Positions 46,704 to 56,283 of a DNA stretch of 64,000 nucleotides are shown here, piece after piece. Position 1 is the first letter of the stretch. Every line of letters starts with the position of its first letter. The translations under genes were made by a program, and so were the position numbers. A model generated the notes under the pieces. The model made no database searches. It was given only the letters and a program-made list of their open reading frames with translations, and was not told where the DNA came from. The stretch comes from an uncultured Gammaproteobacteria bacterium (lineage in GTDB: Bacteria; Patescibacteriota; Patescibacteriia; JACRJV01): positions 3,711 through 67,710 of the forward strand of contig CAZNTM010000001.1 of NCBI GenBank assembly GCA_964576005.1. The letters are read 5' to 3'.

Positions 46704-48149
46704 ATGTTTTTCGAAGAGAAGATCCACCCGACGATCGGTCAGTCCCTCCGGTATAATGCGGGGTCTTTCCGGGATCCGAGCGGCTTCGTCTTCTCTCGTG
46801 ACGGGGTGTTGTACCGTCAGGTGAACCCGTGCTATCAGCAGGCGTACGATCGTCTCATGAATTCCGGGTTGTATGACGAGCTTGTTTCGCGCAGTCTCCT
46901 TGTTGCCCATGAGGAGGTCGGGCTCGAGCTTGCGGCCGAAGCTCCTGCGTACAAGGTCATTCATCCCGAGCGGGTGGAGTTTATTTCCTACCCCTACGAG
47001 TGGTGCTTCAGTCAGCTGAAAGAGGCAGCCATAGCAACGCTTTCGATTCAGGCAGAGGCCTTGCGTTTCGACATGACGCTCAAAGACTGCAGCGCCTACA
47101 ATATCCAGTTTTTCCATGGTCGTGCAACGCTCATCGACACGCTCTCGTTCGAGCCGTATGAGGAAGGATCTCCCTGGAAGGCCTATCGGCAATTCTGTGA
47201 GCACTTTCTTGCGCCCCTGGCGCTCATGAGCAAAACAGATGTTCGTTTAGGCCAGCTCTTGCGTCTGTATCCCGATGGGATTCCCTTGGGCCTCACCATT
47301 CGATTGTTGCCCTGGAGAGCGCGACTATCCATCGGGCTGTTGGTGCACCTGTTTTTTCACGTAAAAAGTCAACGGCATTATGCAACTCGAGTAATCGCGG
47401 CCCGTGAACTCCCAAGAACTTTTCATCGCCGCGCCTTTCTTGGTTTACTCGAGAGCCTGCGCACGACCGTGAACAATCTCCATTGGCAGCCGGAGTATAC
47501 GGGTTGGGTGTCATACTACGCGTCAGGCGAAAGTTACACGCTGGAGGCGTTTGAGCATAAAAAGGAGATTGTGGCTGCCTTCCTTTCTCGGCTCGCGGTA
47601 AAGTCCGTCTGGGATCTCGGAGCGAATATCGGAGTCTTCAGCAATCTTGCTCGGAGCATCGGCGCGCAGGTCATTGCATTTGATATGGATCCCGCAGTGG
47701 TGGAGACGCACTACCGGAGCGTTCGCCACAGGGCGGAGCAGGGGATTCTTCCGATCGTGGTAAATTTTGCCAATCCCAGCCCGGGATTAGGGTGGGCACA
47801 CCAAGAGCGCTTGAGCTTCGCCCAGCGTGGGAATGCGGATGCCGTACTCGCGCTCGGGCTCATCCATCATCTCGCCATCACGAACAATGTACCACTACCG
47901 AGAGTCGCCGAATTTTTTCACTCGCTGGGGCGCGCGCTCATCGTGGAGTTTGTCCCAAAGGAGGATCCGCAGGTGCAAGGGCTCCTGCAAACGCGTCGCG
48001 ATATCTTCACGCACTACACCGAGCACCATTTTGTAGCGGCGTTTGAGAAGTACTTCCTCGTTGAAGCCGTAGAATCCATTCGCGGATCCGCGCGCAGACT
48101 CTATTGCATGCGCCGACGCGATCAAGATGACTCACCTTCGCGACTATGA
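46704..48149 (+). CDS. Fusion protein: N-terminal protein-kinase-like/APH-like domain + C-terminal class I SAM methyltransferase
   Basis: Kinase-like catalytic pattern KDCSAYNIQFFHGRATLIDTLSFE (D-x4-N ... ID..SFE). C-terminal VWDLGANIGVFS motif I. ORF track starts on TTG 46596; ATG 46704 chosen. Confidence 0.5.
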   Translation: MFFEEKIHPTIGQSLRYNAGSFRDPSGFVFSRDGVLYRQVNPCYQQAYDRLMNSGLYDELVSRSLLVAHEEVGLELAAEAPAYKVIHPERVEFISYPYEWCFSQLKEAAIATLSIQAEALRFDMTLKDCSAYNIQFFHGRATLIDTLSFEPYEEGSPWKAYRQFCEHFLAPLALMSKTDVRLGQLLRLYPDGIPLGLTIRLLPWRARLSIGLLVHLFFHVKSQRHYATRVIAARELPRTFHRRAFLGLLESLRTTVNNLHWQPEYTGWVSYYASGESYTLEAFEHKKEIVAAFLSRLAVKSVWDLGANIGVFSNLARSIGAQVIAFDMDPAVVETHYRSVRHRAEQGILPIVVNFANPSPGLGWAHQERLSFAQRGNADAVLALGLIHHLAITNNVPLPRVAEFFHSLGRALIVEFVPKEDPQVQGLLQTRRDIFTHYTEHHFVAAFEKYFLVEAVESIRGSARRLYCMRRRDQDDSPSRL

Positions 48150-49663
48150 GACATCCATTGCCGCTGTATCCGTTGCTCATTGGCGTGTTTCTGATCCTTT
48201 CATTGTACGCCGTAAACCGTTACTGGGTAACTGCCGATGTGCTCGTGGTGCCGATGTTGATGGTGATCGCCTTCGTCATCGCGAGTTGGTGTGCGGGTGT
48301 ATGGGTGCTGAAAGATCGTCAGGCCGCAGCGCTGCTCGTCGCGTTTTCTCTCTTGATGTTCTTTTCCTATGGTTACGTGCGCGATAGTGCGACGACGCTC
48401 ATGGGCGGCGTGTACGGGATCGCCCGGCATCGGTATCTCTATCCGCTCTGGCTCGGAGCTTTCGGTGTCGGGGTGATATGGATTGTGAGAAGGCGCCGGA
48501 ACTACGATCATGTGACGTCGTTTTTCACATTAGTTTCTCTCGTGCTCGTGTGCCTGCCTGTCCTCGTGATGGTCCAGGCCGCATTGATTCATCCGCGGGC
48601 ATCCAATCGCGACATCGGTGCCTCGGTGAATAAAGCGACAGGAGACCACGCGCGTCAGTTTCCGGATATCTATTATATCATCCTCGATGGGTATAGTCGG
48701 GCCGATACACTTCGAAGCCTTTATCGCTACGACAACGAAGATTTTTTGCGTTTCTTGCGCAAGCGGGGCTTTTTTATCGCCGGAGAGAGTACGAGCAATT
48801 ACGCCACGACGCCGCTCTCGCTTGCTTCTTCGCTCAACATGACCTACCTTACCGATGTCACAGTAGACGCCGAAAGAAGCGGGAAGGGTTTCGCATTTTT
48901 GAATTCATTGATCCGGAAGAATGCAGTGGTAAATTTTTTAAAATCGTATGGGTACACCATCGTACAATTTCGTTCAGGGTGGGAACCCACTGACCGTGGG
49001 CTTTCTCTCGTGGATAAGAAGATCTCGTGCGGCGGGTTGAGCGGATTCAATGAAGCGCTCATTCGCACGACCATGTTGCGGCCGTTTCGTAGGATGCTCG
49101 ATCAGGAGCATCGGAATCGAATCCGCTGCATCTTCGCCGGGCTTCCCGATTCGGATCATCAGACGAAAGGACCGCGGTTCATTTTTGCACATCTCTTGGT
49201 CCCACATCCTCCGTTTATCTTTCGTCATGACGGCCAACCTCGAGATGTCCAAGGCGACGTTGAGCTTGGTGAAGCTCTCGACTGGACGGACCGCAGTGGG
49301 TACATTGAGCAACTCCAGTTTGTGAATGCCCAAGTGGAGCAGGTCATTGATCGCATTCTTTCTGCTCGCGCCGATCATCCACCCGTCATCGTACTTCAGG
49401 GAGATCATGGTTCGGCGTCTACCGGTGAGTGGGAGCACCCCAGTCCACAGATGCTCAAAGAACGCATGCGGATTTTTAACGCCTATCTTCTTCCCGTTGA
49501 TCATCGAGCGAAACTCTCCCCATCCGTGACTCCCGTCAATACGTTTCGAATTATTTTTCATAACTACTTCGACGCCGGATATGAGCTTTTGCCTGACGAA
49601 AATTACTTCTCCAACTACGACAAACCCTATGCACTCACGAAGGTGACCAGCCAAGTCCGTTGA
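48146..49663 (+). CDS. LtaS/sulfatase-family membrane transferase (phosphoglycerol/phospho-head-group transferase-like)
   Basis: 5 N-terminal TM helices then DIYYIILDGYSRADTL alkaline-phosphatase-superfamily start and later HLLVPHPPF...LQGDHG motifs. Confidence 0.6.
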   Translation: MRHPLPLYPLLIGVFLILSLYAVNRYWVTADVLVVPMLMVIAFVIASWCAGVWVLKDRQAAALLVAFSLLMFFSYGYVRDSATTLMGGVYGIARHRYLYPLWLGAFGVGVIWIVRRRRNYDHVTSFFTLVSLVLVCLPVLVMVQAALIHPRASNRDIGASVNKATGDHARQFPDIYYIILDGYSRADTLRSLYRYDNEDFLRFLRKRGFFIAGESTSNYATTPLSLASSLNMTYLTDVTVDAERSGKGFAFLNSLIRKNAVVNFLKSYGYTIVQFRSGWEPTDRGLSLVDKKISCGGLSGFNEALIRTTMLRPFRRMLDQEHRNRIRCIFAGLPDSDHQTKGPRFIFAHLLVPHPPFIFRHDGQPRDVQGDVELGEALDWTDRSGYIEQLQFVNAQVEQVIDRILSARADHPPVIVLQGDHGSASTGEWEHPSPQMLKERMRIFNAYLLPVDHRAKLSPSVTPVNTFRIIFHNYFDAGYELLPDENYFSNYDKPYALTKVTSQVR

Positions 49664-49843
49664 GTTTTGCGTCTGTCCTAAAGACAATATGGAATTGCCA
49701 TTCGGTGAAGCCCGTGATACGATGTTTTCTTCTGAAGCCTTCACACATTTTGAAGGCAATTCTTCTTCATTGGGCCTGATCGCGATTGAACGATCTTGTA
49801 AAGTAGGGAGAGAACCAGTAACATAAGCGGTGAACTTTTTGAT

Positions 49844-50809
49844 ATGGAGATGAAGGTTCTTGTTGTCGGTGGTGCAGGGTACATTGGCGGGTGTGTTACT
49901 GATCGCCTGTTGGAACAAGGCATTCCCTTTACTGTCTACGATAACCTCACGTACGAAAATCATTATCTCAAACCCGTCGAGTTCATCTACGGGGACGTTC
50001 GCAATAGAGCAAAGCTTGCCGAGTTGTTGCCGCAGCATACGCATGTCATCTGGTTAGCTGCGATTGTCGGTGATGGAGCCTGCGTCATCAAACCGGAGTT
50101 GACGCGTGCGGTTAATGCGGAGTCGGTTGCTTGGTTGGCTGAACACTTTAATGGCCGCATTATTTTTACCTCGACTTGTTCTGTCTACGGCGCCAATAAT
50201 GAGCCGGTTTCAGAAACCTCGCCGACGCAGCCCCTCTCGGTCTACGCGCAGACAAAATTAGAAGCCGAACGACACCTTGAAGGGAAGAACGCGCTTCTCT
50301 TGCGTTTAGGCACCGCCTTTGGTCGTTCTGATCACTATTCGCGCGTCCGCATGGATCTCGCCGTCAATTACATGACGATGAATGCAATCAGCAAAGGGTC
50401 GCTCACTATTTTTGGCGGCGATCAGTGGCGGCCGTTCATGCATGTGCGCGATATCGGTGCAACGATTGTGGAGAGTCTTTCAAAAAAAGAAGCAGGGATT
50501 TACAACTGGGCCACCGTGAATGCCTCAATTCGGGAGATCGGCGAGGCGATTCGGCAGCATACCAACTGCACCGTGACGTTCACGACGCGTGAGTTTGAAG
50601 ATCATCGGAACTATCGGGCGGATACGGCGAAGGCCCATGCCGCCAATCTTTTACCCGTGAGTACGCCATACACGGTTGCATTCGGCGTCAAGGAGATGCA
50701 GGAGCTTGTCTGCTCGCAGCGAATCAAAAATCTTGAACACGAGTTTTACTCCAATCAGCGGTGGCTCTTGAAAGCGATTGACTCCTACGAGAACGGCCTT
50801 CACCACTAG
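49844..50809 (+). CDS. NAD-dependent epimerase/dehydratase (extended SDR)
   Basis: VLVVGGAGYIGG Rossmann motif; ...YAQTKLEAE catalytic YxxxK. Confidence 0.65.
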   Translation: MEMKVLVVGGAGYIGGCVTDRLLEQGIPFTVYDNLTYENHYLKPVEFIYGDVRNRAKLAELLPQHTHVIWLAAIVGDGACVIKPELTRAVNAESVAWLAEHFNGRIIFTSTCSVYGANNEPVSETSPTQPLSVYAQTKLEAERHLEGKNALLLRLGTAFGRSDHYSRVRMDLAVNYMTMNAISKGSLTIFGGDQWRPFMHVRDIGATIVESLSKKEAGIYNWATVNASIREIGEAIRQHTNCTVTFTTREFEDHRNYRADTAKAHAANLLPVSTPYTVAFGVKEMQELVCSQRIKNLEHEFYSNQRWLLKAIDSYENGLHH

Positions 50810-50813
50810 TGCC

Positions 50814-51272
50814 ATGCCTTCCGATCAGCCGATTCCATTTATCCGTGCACTCGAGCCAACGACGGATGACCGCGGAGTGTTCATGTCTTTACTCGCGAGC
50901 ACCAATGCGTTGAGCGAGCAGGACGGCCTCGCCATCAAACGGGTGTACTCCGTCTACAACTACGCCACGGGGATCGTGCGTGGTTTTCACTACCATAAGC
51001 GAGAGTGGAAATACTTTGTGATTGTTGCGGGGGCGGCAAAATTCATTGCCATCAATCCGGACAAACCCGAGGAGCGTTTCGTGTTTGTGAGTTCCGTTCG
51101 CCGGCCAAATTTGGTCGTGGTTCCTCCTGGATTTGCGAACGCCTGGGTATCGCTCGAGCCCTCTACTATGCTCGTGTGCGCTTCGACCGCGAGTCTTGAG
51201 GAATCCATTGCCGACGATCACCGCTACGATCCGTATACCTGGGGGGATCTCTGGAGCGTGAAAGGACGCTGA
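50814..51272 (+). CDS. RmlC-like cupin (dTDP-sugar 3,5-epimerase / FdtA-WxcM-type keto-isomerase-like)
   Basis: ~150 aa cupin with RGFHYHKRE... pattern. Confidence 0.5.
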   Translation: MPSDQPIPFIRALEPTTDDRGVFMSLLASTNALSEQDGLAIKRVYSVYNYATGIVRGFHYHKREWKYFVIVAGAAKFIAINPDKPEERFVFVSSVRRPNLVVVPPGFANAWVSLEPSTMLVCASTASLEESIADDHRYDPYTWGDLWSVKGR

Positions 51273-51275
51273 CGT

Positions 51276-52250
51276 TTGGCGAAGAGCCATATGCACTCCC
51301 TCATCACCGGTGGCGCAGGATTTATCGGCTCGCACCTTGCTGATGCATTACTTTTACGCGGCGATCGCGTCACGGTACTTGACAATCTTTCGACGGGCAG
51401 GCTGGAGAACATTGCCTCACAGAAAGATAATCCAGATTTTCGCTTTGTCAACGGCTCAATTTTGGATGGGTCGGTCGTTGATGAGCTGGTGAGCGGTGCT
51501 GATGTAGTGTATCATTTGGCCGCAGCCGTGGGAGTCCAACTTATTCTTGATCGCCCTTTGGAAGCCCTGACCACGAATATTCATGGCACTGAAGTCGTTT
51601 TAGACGCGGTGCATCGGCATCACAAGAAGATGCTGTTTACCTCGACCTCCGAGGTGTACGGCAAGAACACGAGCGATGCCCTCGAGGAAGACGATGATCG
51701 TATTCTGGGCTCGCCTTTGAAAACTCGCTGGGGGTATTCAATGGCCAAGGCACTCGATGAGCTCGTGGCCCATCTTTTCTGGAAGGAGAAGGGAGTCTCT
51801 ATCGTGATCGTGCGCTTGTTTAACACGGTCGGCCCGCGCCAGAGTGGGGCGTATGGCATGGTGATTCCGCGCTTTGTCGGCCAAGCGTTGCGCGGTGAGG
51901 ACGTGACGATTTTTGGTACTGGCAGACAGCGTCGTTGTTTTTTGCACGTTGCGGATGCCATCCGCGCCTTCTTGTTGCTTATTCAAAACGAACAGGCGTT
52001 CGGATCGGTGTTGAACGTCGGCAGTAGCAGCGAAATTAGCATTGAAGATCTTGCGAAGAAAATTATCGCGATGACCGGCAGTCGCTCGCGTCTCGTTTAT
52101 ATCCCATATGAGAAAGCCTATGGAGAAGACTTTGAAGATATGGAGCGTCGCGTGCCCTCCACCGAGCGGTTGGGCCGACTGATCGGTTGGACACCGACTG
52201 TGGATCTCGACACCATTCTTCAGTCGGTCGTCGCGGCGTTCTCCGTATGA
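51276..52250 (+). CDS. NAD-dependent sugar-nucleotide dehydratase/decarboxylase-type SDR (UXS/ArnA-like)
   Basis: SLITGGAGFIGSHL, ...YSMAKALDE catalytic YxxxK. Confidence 0.65.
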   Translation: MAKSHMHSLITGGAGFIGSHLADALLLRGDRVTVLDNLSTGRLENIASQKDNPDFRFVNGSILDGSVVDELVSGADVVYHLAAAVGVQLILDRPLEALTTNIHGTEVVLDAVHRHHKKMLFTSTSEVYGKNTSDALEEDDDRILGSPLKTRWGYSMAKALDELVAHLFWKEKGVSIVIVRLFNTVGPRQSGAYGMVIPRFVGQALRGEDVTIFGTGRQRRCFLHVADAIRAFLLLIQNEQAFGSVLNVGSSSEISIEDLAKKIIAMTGSRSRLVYIPYEKAYGEDFEDMERRVPSTERLGRLIGWTPTVDLDTILQSVVAAFSV

Positions 52251-54091
52251 TCATTGCTGCCATTGGTGTTGGGACAATGCTCACCAGCCTCGTGTTGGTC
52301 TGGCTCATTGGCAACCGCTGTTATCGGTACGGTTGGGTCGTGGTCCCTCGGCGCGATCGTTGGCACCAAAGTCCGGTCGCGCGCTACGGCGGAGTCGGCA
52401 TTGCATGTGCATTTTTTTTAGGCGTCGTCGCATATTCTCTCGCGACTGGCGTGATACCGCCACGGGAACATGTTGCGTTTCTTGTGGGCGCGTTTGGTGT
52501 CTACGTCGTCGGACTTGTTGATGATATCGTAACCATTAAACCGTCGACGAAGCTCATCGGTCAAATTGTTGCGGTGAGTCTCCCGATCGCAGCCGGGGTC
52601 ATCATTGCGGCAACCCCGTGGTACCTCGCCAATGTTCTCCTCACCTTCTTTTGGTTTATCGGGATCGTGAATGCGACGAATCTTATTGATAACATGGATG
52701 GACTTGCTGCCGGTGTCGTCGCCATTGCGCTTGCGACACTTCTGACGTTGCAAGTCATTGGCTTCTCTCTTGTTTCCCAGGAGATCTCTGTGGGTATTGC
52801 CGTGGCGCTGCTCGGAGCTGTCCTTGGTTTTTTGGTTTTTAATTACCATCCGGCGAAAATTTTTATGGGCGACGCCGGCAGTCTCTTATTGGGATATGTG
52901 TTGGCCGGTCTCGTTCCATCCACGCGACTGAATAGTTCACTTCCGGCATCCTCTGTGCTGTTGTCCTTGATTCTCCCAGTCACGGTCCTCGCGATCCCGA
53001 TTTTTGATACCATCTTGGTGACGATGAGTCGTCTTTGGCACGGCCGGGCGCCTTCGGTGGGAGGGCGCGATCACAGCTCGCATCGTCTTGTGGGCCTCGG
53101 ATTTTCTGAACGTCGGGCGGTTGCCATTTTGTGGGCATTTTCGTTTGTGGGAGGGATGAGTGCGGTGGCCTTGCGATTGTGGCCAGTCAATGCCGTGCTC
53201 ATCGTCGGGCTCTATGCAACCTTTCTCACCTTTGTGGGCATTTACCTCTGGCGTGTCAAATCCTATGCTGCACCCGACAATCTACCGCTGAGATCGCGGT
53301 GGACTCCCATGGTTGTTGACGTGCTCTATAAACGGCGCATCGCCGAAGTGCTCCTTGATTTTATATTGATCGCTGGAGCGTATTACGCCGCGTTTTACCT
53401 GCGCTTTGAAGGGACGCTCAAGGAACATGCCGATCGCTACATTGAGTCCCTTCCGATCGTCATTGTTGCAAGTTTAATCGCCTTTTTTTTCTCCGGCGTC
53501 TACCGTGGCATCTGGCGCTTCATTACGGTTGCGGACCTGGGGCGATACATGCAGGGGGTGTTGTTTGGTACCAGTACCTCCATTGCGCTTGTTGCTGGTC
53601 TCTATGGCTTCCGCGGCTACTCCCGAGCGGTGTTTATTATCTACGGGGTCCTACTCTTTTTACTTACCGCAGGTTCCCGTCTTTCCTTCCGTGTTTTTGA
53701 CGATATTGTGGGCAAGCGCGCTCTCAAGATGCGAACCGTCGGCATTTTTATCTATGGAGCTGGACGGGCTGGGCGACTTCTTTACGATGAATGCTCCCAG
53801 AACGAGCGCTATGCGCATGTTCGGGTGCTTGGCTTTCTCGACGATGATCCAGGCAAACGCCATCTCTTGATGGTCGGTGTGCCCATTTACGGCGTTGAGG
53901 ATATCGCCGCTGTTGTTGAGGTTCCGGTATCGTCCCCGATCGAGCTTTGGATTGCATCACGGAAAATTCCGGACGACCGCGCGCGTACCGTCGTGGCGGC
54001 ACTCGAAGAGAATCTTCACACCACGATGTTTGTCCGTCGCTTCGGTATCCAAGTAGAAGACGACGCCGGTGGTGCCCATTTCAACGGCTAG
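52247..54091 (+). CDS. Polyprenyl-phosphate N-acetylhexosamine-1-phosphate transferase (WecA/MraY family) fused to C-terminal TM + Rossmann (CoA-binding-like) extension
   Basis: VGLVDDIVTI and NATNLIDNMDGLAAG motifs of the MraY/WecA family. Residues ~350-630 add 4-5 TM helices and a GIFIYGAGRAGRLL...VLGFLDDDPGK...GVPIYG Rossmann segment resembling the N-terminal domain of PglF/WbpM or WcaJ. Confidence 0.65.
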   Translation: MIIAAIGVGTMLTSLVLVWLIGNRCYRYGWVVVPRRDRWHQSPVARYGGVGIACAFFLGVVAYSLATGVIPPREHVAFLVGAFGVYVVGLVDDIVTIKPSTKLIGQIVAVSLPIAAGVIIAATPWYLANVLLTFFWFIGIVNATNLIDNMDGLAAGVVAIALATLLTLQVIGFSLVSQEISVGIAVALLGAVLGFLVFNYHPAKIFMGDAGSLLLGYVLAGLVPSTRLNSSLPASSVLLSLILPVTVLAIPIFDTILVTMSRLWHGRAPSVGGRDHSSHRLVGLGFSERRAVAILWAFSFVGGMSAVALRLWPVNAVLIVGLYATFLTFVGIYLWRVKSYAAPDNLPLRSRWTPMVVDVLYKRRIAEVLLDFILIAGAYYAAFYLRFEGTLKEHADRYIESLPIVIVASLIAFFFSGVYRGIWRFITVADLGRYMQGVLFGTSTSIALVAGLYGFRGYSRAVFIIYGVLLFLLTAGSRLSFRVFDDIVGKRALKMRTVGIFIYGAGRAGRLLYDECSQNERYAHVRVLGFLDDDPGKRHLLMVGVPIYGVEDIAAVVEVPVSSPIELWIASRKIPDDRARTVVAALEENLHTTMFVRRFGIQVEDDAGGAHFNG

Positions 54092-54104
54092 GTCGGAATG
54101 GCTC

Positions 54105-54887
54105 ATGCTCTTTCCCTACAAGTTGCTGCAAGGACTTCTGCTCCCTCCCATGCTGGTCTTGGTCGGGATGCTTCTCGCCATATGGTTGATGAGCCGTAAC
54201 CTCCGGTGGGCAAAGCGCGTGCTTTTGGCAAGCTCAATCGTATACTATCTCTTGAGTATCGAACCGACCGCAGCCCTCTTGCTTCGTGATCTTGAGCGCC
54301 GCGTGCCCTCCCGCGCGCACGCAACGCGGGATATGACTGCAATTCTCGTGCTTGCCGGTGGAGCACAGCCGAGCCATGATGGGCGTCCGGCCGAATTGTC
54401 CGCTGCAAGTGCCAAGCGCCTCTGGAGAGCAATTCAACTGTATCGCGAGGGCGAGGGGCGCGTTCCCATTCTCTATGCCGGTGGACCATGGATACCCAGC
54501 GGTACCATAGTGGACGAGCCCTCGATCGCCGCGTCGTTTGCCGTTTTGGCCGGCGTCCCTGCCGAAGACTTTTGGCTCGAAACGCATTCACGCACGACCG
54601 AAGAGAGCGCCGCGGCGGTACGTGCCCTACTCCACGAGCGTTTTCCGAGCGCGATTGCCCACCGCATGATACTGGTGACGTCTGCGTGGCATATCCGTCG
54701 GGCGGTCGAGGCATTTCGTGCGCCTGATGTCAGTATTATTCCCGTCGGGGTCGATTTTTCTGCCCCCAGGACGTTCACGTCCTTGAGTTTTCTTCCCAGT
54801 GCCGAGTCATTCGGAACATCGGTGCGTGCGCTCCGGGAGTGGCTGGGAATTTTGGTCTATCGGGCAGGGCGTCTGTCTTCTCATTGA
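54105..54887 (+). CDS. DUF218 / YdcF (ElyC-SanA)-family protein with N-terminal TM helices
   Basis: ...MILVTSAWHIRRA signature. Confidence 0.5.
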   Translation: MLFPYKLLQGLLLPPMLVLVGMLLAIWLMSRNLRWAKRVLLASSIVYYLLSIEPTAALLLRDLERRVPSRAHATRDMTAILVLAGGAQPSHDGRPAELSAASAKRLWRAIQLYREGEGRVPILYAGGPWIPSGTIVDEPSIAASFAVLAGVPAEDFWLETHSRTTEESAAAVRALLHERFPSAIAHRMILVTSAWHIRRAVEAFRAPDVSIIPVGVDFSAPRTFTSLSFLPSAESFGTSVRALREWLGILVYRAGRLSSH

Positions 54888-54921
54888 CAGGTCGTACGGC
54901 GTATTGTTAGGATGCCGCCGT

Positions 54922-56022
54922 ATGGATGAATTTCAACCACCGTCGAGCTTCCCCGGTTCCCGTGCAGCAGTGAGAGTGTCGGAGGGGCAGACGCGCGATG
55001 ATGGTGTCTTTACGATCATGGATTACCTGAATGCGCTCTTCCGGCGTTGGAAGGTTTTTGTCGCCGTGGTGTTGGCGTTTCTTGCCATTGGTTTTTTGTA
55101 TTTTAAGTCACTGCCGGTCGCTCCCTATGAACATACGGCGATCATAGAGATTGCCAACGGCGCCGATGGGAATGCCTTGGAAAGTGCCCAGAAGGTTGCA
55201 GCTCGTCTTGAGGAGGCTTATATCCCCGTCGCACTCAAATCACACGCCCAAGAATATGGGTATGACGAGCAGCGCTATGTCGTGACAGCGCAGATACCGA
55301 AGGACGCGACGGATCTCATCGCCCTACGAGCTCCCGGGGATCTGACTGACACAAAGGACCTGGTGGAGATTGAGCAGCGTATCGCGGACCTGCTGATCAA
55401 AGATCATAAGGCGCGCCTCGAAGGGCTCCGTGCCGCCTTAGAGCAAGAACGCGATCGCATTGCACTTTCGCTCGTTGCAGTCAAAGATCGCGAAAAATTT
55501 TTACCGCGCAAGCGTGCCAGCATTTTGGAAGAACAAAAATTGCTCCTGCGGCAAATTGAGAATGCCACCGGGACGGTCCGTGCTGCAGAGCAAGACCGTA
55601 CACGTCTGCTTGCCAAGGCGGTGGACTATGGCGGCAGTGATCGCTCGTTCATTGATCTCGTGTTGCTTATTGATAACACCATTGCCGAGCAACGCGATAA
55701 AGTCAGGATCCTGGAGAACCAACTTCATGTTGTCGTGAACGATAAAAGAACTGCGGTGGATAAGGAAGAATTTGACTTAAAAGCAGAACAGCGCCAGTTG
55801 CAGTTAAACACGGTCGAGGCGGAAAAAAAACTTGAGCATCTCGGAACGACTCGGTTGCTCGCTCGCCCGACGCGTTTGCCTGGCCGACTTCCTTCCGCCA
55901 ACCGCGTCCAGGGTATGGCAATTGTCGGCCTCACGGGCCTTATCGCCGGTTTATTTGCTGTTGCCGTCTTTGAAACAGCTTCCCGGTCGCTTGGGCGCAG
56001 AGGAGAGTTTCCGCGCGCTTAG
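54922..56022 (+). CDS. Polysaccharide co-polymerase / chain-length determinant (Wzz-like)
   Basis: N-terminal TM (VFVAVVLAFLAIGFLYF), long coiled-coil-rich periplasmic region, C-terminal TM (MAIVGLTGLIAGLFAVAVF). Confidence 0.55.
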   Translation: MDEFQPPSSFPGSRAAVRVSEGQTRDDGVFTIMDYLNALFRRWKVFVAVVLAFLAIGFLYFKSLPVAPYEHTAIIEIANGADGNALESAQKVAARLEEAYIPVALKSHAQEYGYDEQRYVVTAQIPKDATDLIALRAPGDLTDTKDLVEIEQRIADLLIKDHKARLEGLRAALEQERDRIALSLVAVKDREKFLPRKRASILEEQKLLLRQIENATGTVRAAEQDRTRLLAKAVDYGGSDRSFIDLVLLIDNTIAEQRDKVRILENQLHVVVNDKRTAVDKEEFDLKAEQRQLQLNTVEAEKKLEHLGTTRLLARPTRLPGRLPSANRVQGMAIVGLTGLIAGLFAVAVFETASRSLGRRGEFPRA

Positions 56023-56283
56023 ATCTTGGCGCGACGTCGCGCGACGACCAGATATCAGCGCGAAGAATTCGATAGCCACCACGGCGCCCACGAGACGCAC
56101 GGGGGTAAATTTCCCTAGAAAACGTTCAGACATTGAGAGAACAATGTAGAGGAGTCCGAGCGAGAGCAGCACCGAGAGTGCTGCTCGTTCGATTCGATCA
56201 GTCCATGGGACGATCCGATCAGTGAGAAGGAATCCGGGAATCACGAGAAGCAACGGGAGCAGCAGGATGGTGATGAGGATCAT
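55951..56283 (-). CDS. Small hydrophobic ORF (110 aa, 2 TM) immediately downstream of GT-C-like gene
   Basis: ATG directly abuts stop of 56280..58001; overlaps the 3' end of convergent Wzz-like gene by ~70 nt, so uncertain. Confidence 0.3.
   Translation of the reverse strand: MILITILLLPLLLVIPGFLLTDRIVPWTDRIERAALSVLLSLGLLYIVLSMSERFLGKFTPVRLVGAVVAIEFFALISGRRATSRQDLSARKLSSAPKRPGSCFKDGNSK

Noticed and set aside
46514-46756. 80-aa hydrophobic ORF (MGMTRFTMVFSRCVIVLLLV…)
   Set aside because: Overlaps the 5' region of the kinase-methyltransferase gene in another frame; could be a real small membrane protein if that gene starts at ATG 46704, but a 50-nt overlap and no RBS make it uncertain. Not annotated as a feature.
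48974-50044. 356-aa minus-strand ORF
   Set aside because: Overlaps most of the well-supported LtaS-like gene (48146..49663) and the start of the SDR gene at 49844 on the opposite strand; no motifs; typical antisense ORF in high-GC DNA.
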